DNA of 64,000 nt, taken from Alphaproteobacteria bacterium. GTDB taxonomy: Bacteria > Pseudomonadota > Alphaproteobacteria > UBA828. Position 1 is the first letter of the stretch. Each line of letters begins with the position of its first letter. Below, piece by piece: positions 9,948 through 17,880 of the stretch. Position numbers and translations under genes: made by a program. Under the pieces are notes generated by a model. That model did not search any database. It had not been told where the DNA came from and saw only the letters and a list, made by a program, of their open reading frames with translations. The stretch covers positions 960,001 through 1,024,000 of the forward strand of contig CAXXMU010000001.1 of assembly GCA_963667785.2 (NCBI GenBank). Reading direction: 5' to 3'.

Positions 9948-11372
9948 CTACCGTGACCCGGCGCCCGCGCCGCCGCGCGCGAAGGCCAATGCGGCGCGCA
10001 GGTCCGCCGACAAGGCCCCCGCGAGCTCGGTCTCGATCAGGCGCAGCTTCTCGACCACGGCGAGCGCGGTGTTGAGCCGTTGCAGCCCCTGGTGGCGGTG
10101 CCGGGCCAGCGCGATCCGGTTGGACCTCAACCCCTCGCGCCAGCGCTGGAGCTGCTCGCCGTCGGCTATGTCGAGCGTGCCTGCGCGCTCCTCGACCGTG
10201 CGGTGGAGATCGGTGATCCAGACCTGCATGACATCGAGGGCCACGGCTTCCGCCAGCGCATCCATCTCCTGGTCGATCACCGCGCCCCGGTAGGCGGCGG
10301 CGGTGTTGGCAACGCGGTAGACCGGGAGCGTGGTGAGATTCACCAGGCCGAGCGCCGGTGCGGGCGGGGCGGTATCTGTCCTGACGGCATCGACAAGATC
10401 GCGCAGCAGCCCGGCCACCCGTTCCCGAAAGCCCCGGTTGGCGGGGATCGTCACCGTCCCCAGGCTCGGGTTGAGGCAGAGGTTCGGCGTGTCGCAGCGG
10501 TAGACCGGGAGTTGGCCGCCGCCCTCCATCAGCACCTCGGTGACGCGGCGGTCGAGCGCCAGCGGCTCCAGGATGCGGACCCTCGGGCCACCCGCGTCCG
10601 CGTCGGAAGTGGGGGCAGTAACGATCAGCGTGCCGGTCACCGCCATGGCGAACTCGGCAAGCTGCGTATCGCCGGACAGGAACGACGACGCCCGGATCGC
10701 CTTCCAGGCATAGTTGACGTTGACCGGCACCTGGTCGGCCATCGCCCCCGAAGCGGACGCGAGCGTCGAGTTGCGCTGGCCCGCCGCGCCGCAGCCGTGC
10801 TTGGCGGCGGCGTAGTCGCTGAATATCCCCTGGCCGGTGCCGATCGCGGCGCAGATGGCGGCAGAGGCCCGGTCGTTCTTCGACCAGAGGGCGCCGACCA
10901 GCGCCTGGGCCGTCTCGCAGGAGTTGAGGTTCTGGCTGTTGACCCACTGCGCGAGCGCCCGGAGCTTGGCCATGGTCTCGGCGATCACCGGGCTGATGGT
11001 CTCCAGCGCCAGCTCGAAGGCGAACCCGGCGGCGTTCTGCGCCACCGCCCGGCCGAAGGCGATGAGCTGGTCCGAGTTGATGAACGAGAAGGCGCCGGCG
11101 AACGCGTCGATGCCCCCGCAGCCGGAGCGGAAGGAGGGCAGGCTCACCGTCGCGATCTGCTCCGAGCGCACCGGCGAGCGCAGGTAGAGGTTGCCGAGGG
11201 TCCAGTGCCCGGACGCCTGGCCGTGGAAGGCGGTGGGGCCCGTGGTGTTGACTGCCACGCCCTGCCAGAAGCGCCCCATCTCCGAGAGCACGTCCGCATG
11301 GACGGGAGTCGTGCCCAGGAGCGCCGCCGCAAACACGGCGCAGGCCGCGCCTCTCTTCAGATCAGTAATCAT
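9948..11372 (-). CDS. traH: Pilus assembly protein TraH
   Basis: Signal peptide; LPSFRSGCGGIDAFAGAFSFIN and NSCETAQALV motifs. Confidence 0.93.
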   Translation of the reverse strand: MITDLKRGAACAVFAAALLGTTPVHADVLSEMGRFWQGVAVNTTGPTAFHGQASGHWTLGNLYLRSPVRSEQIATVSLPSFRSGCGGIDAFAGAFSFINSDQLIAFGRAVAQNAAGFAFELALETISPVIAETMAKLRALAQWVNSQNLNSCETAQALVGALWSKNDRASAAICAAIGTGQGIFSDYAAAKHGCGAAGQRNSTLASASGAMADQVPVNVNYAWKAIRASSFLSGDTQLAEFAMAVTGTLIVTAPTSDADAGGPRVRILEPLALDRRVTEVLMEGGGQLPVYRCDTPNLCLNPSLGTVTIPANRGFRERVAGLLRDLVDAVRTDTAPPAPALGLVNLTTLPVYRVANTAAAYRGAVIDQEMDALAEAVALDVMQVWITDLHRTVEERAGTLDIADGEQLQRWREGLRSNRIALARHRHQGLQRLNTALAVVEKLRLIETELAGALSADLRAALAFARGGAGAGSR

Positions 11373-12207
11373 GGCCGGGCTCCAGTGCGGTGAGGGCGAA
11401 GATCCGTTCCGCCATCTGGTCTTCGGCCATCACCCCGAAGCCGACCGGCATGACCCGCTTCGTGGCGGTGTCGAACAGCACCAGGGCAGGCACCGGTCCG
11501 CCGCCGAGGCCGAGCCGGGCGGCGCGCCCGTTGTCGGCCACCGCCTCGGGCCAGCCCTCCAGCGCCTCGCCGGTGAGCGAGACCGCGAGCACGTCGAGGC
11601 CGTGGCGGGAGGCGAAGGCGCGCAGCAGCGGGCCGAACACCCGGCACGCCGCGCAGCCGGCATGGCCCAGGTAGATCAGCCCGTAGCGCTCGCCGAGGCG
11701 GGCGAGGGCGGCCTCGCGGTCCTGCCTGCGTCCGTCCGACCAGACCTGCTTGGCGAGCGCGCCCACCGGGCGCCGCAGCGTGTAGTCCAGCTCCGGCGTC
11801 GCCCAGACCGTGCGCCGGAAGGCGTCGGAGAAGGCAGCGGCCTTCGCGAGGGTTTCCTGCTGGAGGCGCAGGTAGGCCGTCACGTTGGCGGGGGAGGGGT
11901 CGAGGATCGCCTCGGCGCGGGCTTCCTCCAGCGCCTTGCGCATCGCCTCGATCCGTTCCATTGCCGGTTGCCCGGCATCGGCCGGAGGCGGGGCCGGGGC
12001 GGGGTCGGCCCGACGCGGCTCCTCCTCCCGCCGATCGCAGTAGAAGTGCCAGCCGAGAGACGCGCCGGAAGCCGGAGCCTGTCCCGGACCCGATCCGGGA
12101 TCGCCGCACCAGGACCGCCATTCGCCGCCGGCCGCGGGCGCGCCAAGGACCATCCAGACAACCGTCGCCGCGAGAGCGCGTTTCAGAGCGTGCAGGGTGG
12201 CGGCCAT
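11362..12207 (-). CDS. traF: Thioredoxin-like pilus assembly protein TraF
   Basis: GWHFYC, AILDPSPANV..Y, CAAC, VPALVL; between traN and traH. Confidence 0.9.
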   Translation of the reverse strand: MAATLHALKRALAATVVWMVLGAPAAGGEWRSWCGDPGSGPGQAPASGASLGWHFYCDRREEEPRRADPAPAPPPADAGQPAMERIEAMRKALEEARAEAILDPSPANVTAYLRLQQETLAKAAAFSDAFRRTVWATPELDYTLRRPVGALAKQVWSDGRRQDREAALARLGERYGLIYLGHAGCAACRVFGPLLRAFASRHGLDVLAVSLTGEALEGWPEAVADNGRAARLGLGGGPVPALVLFDTATKRVMPVGFGVMAEDQMAERIFALTALEPGHDY

Positions 12208-12208
12208 C

Positions 12209-13318
12209 TCACTGTCCCCGGCGGTAGAAGTCGCGGATGCGGGTGCGCATCGCCGTGCCGGTGTCGCCCGCGTCCGGCAGCGACACCGAGGGCTCGCGCG
12301 AGCCGTCCATCAGGTCCTGGGTGAACTCCGAGAGGTCGAGGCGCGCGAAGTCGATGCCCTCGACCTCGGCCACGGTGAAGCCCCGGCAGCTCGACCAGCC
12401 GATGCCGAGCTGGGCCCGGCCCTGCTGCTGCAGGATGCGCCCGAGCTTGGAGCCGAACACGCACCAGGCCCGCGAGCGGCGGATACAGATGCCGAAGAAG
12501 GTGCGCTTCGAGCAGTAGCGGCCGAGATAGTGGGTGTTGCCGGCGTTGCGCTCCTCCGCGAGCTCGCGCTCCGAGGCCGAGCAGTTGCCGAGACCGACGA
12601 GAAGCCCGCTGTTCTTGCAGCAGTTGGCGAGTCCGAACAGCTTGATGTGGCAGGCCCGCCGCTGGCCGGTGAAGAAGCGCATGTCGTCGCGGTCGAACTC
12701 GTCGCCGCCGAGCTCCAGCGCCATGTTGAGCCGAGTGGTGGCCTCGACGAAGCCGGTGTTGGCCTGCGGGCGCACGGTCTCGCAGCCCGCGCCGACGCAA
12801 TAGGTGACCCGGCCGCACGAGCCGCCGTCCTGCGCATCCCGGAGTGCCGCCCCGCAGTCCGCGGTGCTGCCGGATGCCAGGCCGTCCGCGCGATGGGACG
12901 GGGACTGCGGGGACGCCGCGATCCCTTCCGAGCGCACGACGGCCGGATCGCCCGCGGCGACCGGGTGCGCGGGCCGGCTCGTCGTGCCGCGGATCACCGC
13001 CCGGCCGGCCGCGCCGCCCGGATCGTCGGGATCGGCGAGACGCGCGCGGGCCGCGTTCTCCATGCCCGATGCCGTGAGCCCGCGCTCCGGCACGTTCGTG
13101 CCCGCATAGCCCGGCACCTCCGCCGCGTTGGACGAATCCCGCGCGATCGTCCGCGCCGCCGAGTTGCCCGCATTGCCGATGGCGCGCGCCGCCGCCTTCG
13201 GGTCGGCGGCACGCGTGTCCTCGGCATACGTCACCCCGCCGAAGACGATCCAGAGCAGGAAGGCGCATACCGACGCCAGAAGCGCCCAACCGAGCAGCCG
13301 CGTCGCCCGCGCCGTCAT
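12209..13318 (-). CDS. traN: Mating-pair stabilisation protein TraN (short form)
   Basis: Cys-rich C-terminal domain: FFTGQRRAC..NCC, YLGRYCS, CVFGSKLGRILQQQGRAQLG, CRGFT, IDFARLDLSEF. Confidence 0.9.
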   Translation of the reverse strand: MTARATRLLGWALLASVCAFLLWIVFGGVTYAEDTRAADPKAAARAIGNAGNSAARTIARDSSNAAEVPGYAGTNVPERGLTASGMENAARARLADPDDPGGAAGRAVIRGTTSRPAHPVAAGDPAVVRSEGIAASPQSPSHRADGLASGSTADCGAALRDAQDGGSCGRVTYCVGAGCETVRPQANTGFVEATTRLNMALELGGDEFDRDDMRFFTGQRRACHIKLFGLANCCKNSGLLVGLGNCSASERELAEERNAGNTHYLGRYCSKRTFFGICIRRSRAWCVFGSKLGRILQQQGRAQLGIGWSSCRGFTVAEVEGIDFARLDLSEFTQDLMDGSREPSVSLPDAGDTGTAMRTRIRDFYRRGQ

Positions 13319-14055
13319 GGCATCTTCCCGAGGCGTTCGAGATATCCCTTCGCGACCTCGCGCCCCGCATCGCCCTCGTCGGCGACGGTCGTCAGCGCCC
13401 CCACGAGGCCGATGTTCCCGGTAATGCGGTCATGGGGCGGTGCGGAATCCTCGACGCAGCCCCGGCTCCGGCAGGGCAGGACCCCGCCCGGCACGACGGC
13501 CACGGCGGGCACCCGGTCGATGCCGAACAGCCGGAACAGGCGCGGGTCGATGGCGACCCCGGCCTCCGCGCCGCCGAGGCGTTCGCCGATCCGCTTCACC
13601 GTCTCGCGCAGCCCGCCTTCGCCGACGCCGCGCAGCACCAGCGGCGCCTCGAAGCGCTCCGCGTCACGCGCCCACTGCCGCCAGCTCGCCGCCGGCACCG
13701 AGAGACTGGTGAAGATCAGGATTTCCGCCGTGCCGCCGCGTCCGGTCGCGCCTGCCGCGATTCCTGCCGCCTGCCGTTCGGCCGGAAGGGGGGCGGTCGA
13801 AGGTCCGGTCGCACCGGGCGGTGTCTGTCGCGCGGCCTCGCCGGCCCGTTCCAGGGCGCGGTCGAGGATCGACCGGGTCCAGTCGCCGAGATCGTCGCTG
13901 CCCGCCTTGCGCAGCACCTCGTCGGCCAGCCGCGCCGCGTCCGCGTCGGGATACGTGGCACGCTCCTCGGCGGAGAAGATCGGACCGGACCACCCCGCCG
14001 CCACCAGCGCGGCGGCGACAAACAGAGCGGTCGGACGTTGCAGAAAACAGGTCAT
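13315..14055 (-). CDS. trbC: F-type pilus assembly protein TrbC
   Basis: LIFTSLSVP..LVLRG..IDPRLFRLFGIDRVPAV; start set at the ATG after the traU stop. Confidence 0.88.
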   Translation of the reverse strand: MTCFLQRPTALFVAAALVAAGWSGPIFSAEERATYPDADAARLADEVLRKAGSDDLGDWTRSILDRALERAGEAARQTPPGATGPSTAPLPAERQAAGIAAGATGRGGTAEILIFTSLSVPAASWRQWARDAERFEAPLVLRGVGEGGLRETVKRIGERLGGAEAGVAIDPRLFRLFGIDRVPAVAVVPGGVLPCRSRGCVEDSAPPHDRITGNIGLVGALTTVADEGDAGREVAKGYLERLGKMP

Positions 14056-14099
14056 CGGGTTGCCCCTGGAATGATATTTATCGTTGTGAATCAACAGGT

Positions 14100-15101
14100 T
14101 CAGAGCATGCAGCATGTCCGTTTCCGCCACAGCAGGTAGCCGAAGTTCTCGCCCGCGACCGGCAATTCGCGGAGCGTCTCCCACAGCACCGACGACCGCC
14201 CGGTCGGGTTGCAGCCGGTCATGGGCGAGGTCGCCGGCACCGGCTCCGTCATCTGCCAGCGGTACTGGCTTTTCTTCATGATCGGCATCGGATAGCGCTG
14301 GCAGAGCGCTGCCGAGCCCGACGTGCCCCAGGCGATGCCGGCGCGGTGAAGCCGGTAGACCAGCCGCTGGGCCGCGAGCAGCGAAGCCTGGACGCCGCCG
14401 ACATGGGCGGCGACGTTGCCGGTCAGCGGATACATCCCGCCCTGGCAGCCCGCGCACCAGAACATCGGATCGAGCGGCAGTCCGGCCGAGGCCGCGGCGC
14501 AGTCCGCCGCGCACGCCGCCTGGGCGGGCAGGTTGGCGAACAGCGCCGCTTCCGGGTTCAAGAGGAACGACAGCTCGTCGTCGAGCCAGGCCGGGTCGAG
14601 CTCCGAGGTCCAGGCGATGTCGAGCCCGCCGCCCTCCAGGCAGCCGAGGTCGAGCAGCACCCCGATCCAGCTCAAGAGCGGATACATGTAGTAGTGCGCG
14701 TGCCAGACCGAGCCCTTGGCGCCGTCGCCGCCCGAGGAACCGGTGCGGCCCCGCGCGGCGTGAAGGCCGGGGTCGATGGTGAGGCCGCCGAGGTTGGGGA
14801 AGCACCAGGGCGTGCGGGTCACGTCCATCAGCCGCGCCGGCTCCCAGACCCCGAGCGAGAGGCCGATGCGGGGAATGGGCGAGCCGCAGAGGCAGATCGG
14901 CGAGGACGGGTTGGGCGTGTCCGGCGCGCCCGACGCGCTGCCGATCCGGATCGGTCCGATGGTGATCGGAAAGAGGCACTCCCAGCACACGTCCGAGATC
15001 GGGTTGACGAACCGCCCGGTGCAGGTCTGAGCCGAGGCCGGCACGGCCCACAACAGCGCCAGCAGCGCGAGCCCGGCCGGAAGGGCGAGGCGGCAGCTCA
15101 T
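14100..15101 (-). CDS. traU: TraU
   Basis: CTGRFVNPISDVCWECLFPI, WEPARL, WCAGCQG..YP, WRKRTCC; ATGA overlap with ssb. Confidence 0.93.
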   Translation of the reverse strand: MSCRLALPAGLALLALLWAVPASAQTCTGRFVNPISDVCWECLFPITIGPIRIGSASGAPDTPNPSSPICLCGSPIPRIGLSLGVWEPARLMDVTRTPWCFPNLGGLTIDPGLHAARGRTGSSGGDGAKGSVWHAHYYMYPLLSWIGVLLDLGCLEGGGLDIAWTSELDPAWLDDELSFLLNPEAALFANLPAQAACAADCAAASAGLPLDPMFWCAGCQGGMYPLTGNVAAHVGGVQASLLAAQRLVYRLHRAGIAWGTSGSAALCQRYPMPIMKKSQYRWQMTEPVPATSPMTGCNPTGRSSVLWETLRELPVAGENFGYLLWRKRTCCML

Positions 15102-15586
15102 GCGGCCTCGCTTGCCCCGCCTGCCCCGGACCCCGATCCGGGAGCCTGCCCCGGACCCGATCCCGGGTCGCCCGTCGCGGCGTTTCCCGTGTCCGCGGCC
15201 TGCCCCGTCGCCTCGGCCGGCTCGGACGGGTCCGGATCGGGGCGCCGCGCGGACAGGATGTTGACGGTGCCGTGCGCACCCGCAACGACGATCTCGGTGA
15301 CGGCCCGGTCGTTGCCTTCCCTGTCGGTGAAGCCGCGCGTCGCGATCCGGCCCTCGACGAGCACCGCTCCGCCCTTCTTCAGCATTTTCCCGACCGCCTC
15401 GACGGCGGGGCCGTAGACCACGATCCGGTGCCATTCCGTGGCCTCGCCGGGCCTTCCCTCGCGGTCGGTCCATTTCTCGGTGGTGGCGAGGGTGAACACC
15501 GCCGCCCTGCCGCCGTTCTTCAGGTCGCGGATTTCGGGATCGCGGCCCGCATGGCCCAGCAGCGTCGCGCGGTTCATGTTCAGCAT
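15098..15586 (-). CDS. ssb: Single-stranded DNA-binding protein
   Basis: NRATLLGHAGRDPE, TEWHRIV, KKGGAVLVEGRI; no canonical acidic DDIPF tip. Confidence 0.9.
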   Translation of the reverse strand: MLNMNRATLLGHAGRDPEIRDLKNGGRAAVFTLATTEKWTDREGRPGEATEWHRIVVYGPAVEAVGKMLKKGGAVLVEGRIATRGFTDREGNDRAVTEIVVAGAHGTVNILSARRPDPDPSEPAEATGQAADTGNAATGDPGSGPGQAPGSGSGAGGASEAA

Positions 15587-15589
15587 GGT

Positions 15590-16273
15590 TCAGTCCTCCT
15601 CTTTCGCGTTCGCACTCTCCCGGTCCTCGACCGGAACCTCGGTGATGCGCAGCCGCTCCCCGGCCTGCTCGACCAGGCTCGGCGTCGCCGCTAGACGCAA
15701 GCGCGCCGCGAGAACCCCGCCGGTATCGAAGAAGAAGGGCCGGGAGTGCCGGCGCATCAGGTCCAGCGGCCGGCCGGCCAGCAGCACGATCTTCGCGGGG
15801 CGCTCGTGCGCCAGCGCCCAGGCGATCTCCGCCTCGCGCCGCCCGTCGACGAACAGCAGGTCGCGGGCGAGCGTCGTCCGCTCCAACGGATTCACGCGAG
15901 TTCCCGCCGCGGTGATGAGCACGCCATCGGCCGTCCGGATGTCCCGCGCGACCGTGATCGCCGGGTCGAACAGGCGGCTGCGTTCTTCCCGCGCCGGCGC
16001 GATGCCCGGCACCGGCGCGGGCTCTTCCAGCGTCCGCCGCGCGCGCTCGCGGGCTTCCTCCTCCAGCCGCGTCAGCGCGCCGGAGCGTTCCATCTCCAGG
16101 AGTCGCGCCTCGATCTGTTCCAGCAGGTCCGGCTCCGCGACCGGCCAGGTCGCGCCGCGCACGCCCAGGTCCTTGGCCAGCGCCGCGGTCGGAACGCCGG
16201 CGGCCGGCAGGACGGCCAGGGCCGTGGCCAGTAGCGCGGCGGCGGCGCGGGTTGCAGGGGACGCTCCCCTCAT
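15590..16273 (-). CDS. traW: TraW
   Basis: KDLGVRGATWPVAEPDLL, GTRVNPL, FFFDTGG; ATGA overlap with trhF. Confidence 0.9.
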   Translation of the reverse strand: MRGASPATRAAAALLATALAVLPAAGVPTAALAKDLGVRGATWPVAEPDLLEQIEARLLEMERSGALTRLEEEARERARRTLEEPAPVPGIAPAREERSRLFDPAITVARDIRTADGVLITAAGTRVNPLERTTLARDLLFVDGRREAEIAWALAHERPAKIVLLAGRPLDLMRRHSRPFFFDTGGVLAARLRLAATPSLVEQAGERLRITEVPVEDRESANAKEED

Positions 16274-16857
16274 CGCGCGGCCTCCGGGGCTTTGTCCGGC
16301 CGGACATCTTCCGGCCCGATCAGCGGTCCGTTCAGCCCCAGCCACGGGATATCCGGCATGGCGATCGCCCGCCCGAGGATGCGTTCGCGGGGCACGAGGC
16401 CGATCTCCGCGTAGCGGCTGTCGTGGGAATCGGCGTGATCGGCGAACAGGTAGTAATGGCCGGGCGGAACGACGCCCGGCGCGATCGGCGCAAGCGGCCG
16501 CCCGTCGAGCGCGTGCGTCTTGGCGCGGCCGACAGGCTCTCCGTCGAGACGGACCGTTCCGTCCGCGTCGACGGCCACGGTCATGCCCGGCACGCCGCGC
16601 ACCGTCTTGAGATACGGGACCGGGGAGCCCAGGAGTTCAGGGGGGTCGAACAGCACCCGGTCGCCGATCGCCGGCGCCTCGCCGAACAGCGGGAACGCGG
16701 CATAACCCCAGGCTCCGTCCGACCAGCTCGCGTTGACGTGGACGCGCGAGGCCGCGCCGAGCCAGAGCGCCGCCAGCGCGATCATGACGGCCAGGCCGAT
16801 ACGGCGTCGGCGCGGATTGCCGACCCGCTGCGCGAATGTCGGGCGCCGGGTCGTCAC
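16270..16857 (-). CDS. trhF: S26 signal peptidase-like pilin-processing protein (TrhF-type)
   Basis: TM anchor, VNASWS (Ser), YLKTVRGVPG (Lys), DSHDSRY..G. Confidence 0.85.
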   Translation of the reverse strand: MTTRRPTFAQRVGNPRRRRIGLAVMIALAALWLGAASRVHVNASWSDGAWGYAAFPLFGEAPAIGDRVLFDPPELLGSPVPYLKTVRGVPGMTVAVDADGTVRLDGEPVGRAKTHALDGRPLAPIAPGVVPPGHYYLFADHADSHDSRYAEIGLVPRERILGRAIAMPDIPWLGLNGPLIGPEDVRPDKAPEAAR

Positions 16858-17258
16858 CGCCCGTCTCCCGGCGGCGGTGCGTTTCCGGTAGCGGCACGAG
16901 CGAGGACGGCCGCGAGCGTGGCCGCGACCTCGGCCGTCAGGTCGGGCGCCCCGGCGGCGACCGCGCGGGCCGGCAGCAGCACGACGCCACGGCGTTCGGC
17001 CACATGGTCGAGCGCGGCCTCCAACGCAACGCCCCAGGCGCGGATGTCGTCCGCCGTTTCTCCCGACGATGCGGCGCGGGTCGTGTATGCCGCGGTCATC
17101 TCCCCGAGACGGACCGAGGCGACGCTCGGCGCCTCGGGTGCGGCAAACCGCACGGTCGCCGCGGCGACCGCCGCCGCCAGGGCCCCCGACAGCAGCACTG
17201 CGGAGGCCATGACCGGCCAGCCCGACCCGCTCCGGTCCATGTCAGTCTTGTCCGGCAT
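16854..17258 (-). CDS. trbI: F-type TrbI
   Basis: N-terminal TM segment, C-terminal VLLPARAVAAGAPDLT; downstream of traC. Confidence 0.75.
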   Translation of the reverse strand: MPDKTDMDRSGSGWPVMASAVLLSGALAAAVAAATVRFAAPEAPSVASVRLGEMTAAYTTRAASSGETADDIRAWGVALEAALDHVAERRGVVLLPARAVAAGAPDLTAEVAATLAAVLARAATGNAPPPGDGR

Positions 17259-17880
17259 CGGTGCCTTCGTCTCCGGTACGCGCGGCCATGCGCCCGCGCC
17301 GCTCTTCCTCCGGCCCGGCGAGCGCCCGGAAGCGGGCGAGCCAGCCTTCGGCCGCCTTGTCCGGCGAAATCGAGCGGATGCGCCGCTTGAGCGGCGGGAA
17401 GGCGACCCCGGCGCCGGCGGCCAGGTTTCCATCGAGCAGGTCGCGGCGCTCCGCCGCCGCCGCCATGCGGGTGACGAAGCGCAGGAGTTCGGCATGCTCT
17501 TCGTCGAGCACGGCATCGAGGCCGGCGGCCTCGCGCACCGCCGCCTCGATACCCGAGGCGAGCCTTCCGGCGCGCTCCGCCGCCCGCTGCGAGTCCGGCG
17601 CGGCGCCCCGGAGCCAGGCCGAGGGCGCGTCGGCGACGAGCGCGTGAAGCGCCAACGTGCGGCGATCCTCATCGCCAAGCCCGTCCAGCGCCTCGATCTC
17701 CTCCGACACGATCACGGCGTGCGCCGCGACCGAGTGGTAGGCGCGCATGCAACCGCCCCGGCGGCAGGTGTTGGCGAGCACCTGCGCCAGCGCGGTGAAG
17801 TCGATGTCGGCGGCGGTCACGTTTTCGGGGTCGCCCGGCCAGTGGAGCGGTCTCTCTCCGCCGGTTGCCGTTTGCGTCAT
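17242..17880 (-). CDS. HD-superfamily (YfbR-like) protein with degenerate HD motif
   Basis: DIDFTALAQVLANTCR..HSVAAH..LHALVADAPSAWL resembles LS..CRF.G..YSVAQH..LLHDA.EAY; ATGA overlap with traC. Confidence 0.6.
   Translation of the reverse strand: MTQTATGGERPLHWPGDPENVTAADIDFTALAQVLANTCRRGGCMRAYHSVAAHAVIVSEEIEALDGLGDEDRRTLALHALVADAPSAWLRGAAPDSQRAAERAGRLASGIEAAVREAAGLDAVLDEEHAELLRFVTRMAAAAERRDLLDGNLAAGAGVAFPPLKRRIRSISPDKAAEGWLARFRALAGPEEERRGRMAARTGDEGTDAGQD

Noticed and set aside
14056-14100. AT-rich traU-trbC spacer with an IHF-like AATCAACAGGTTC
   Set aside because: Imperfect match and no properly spaced promoter
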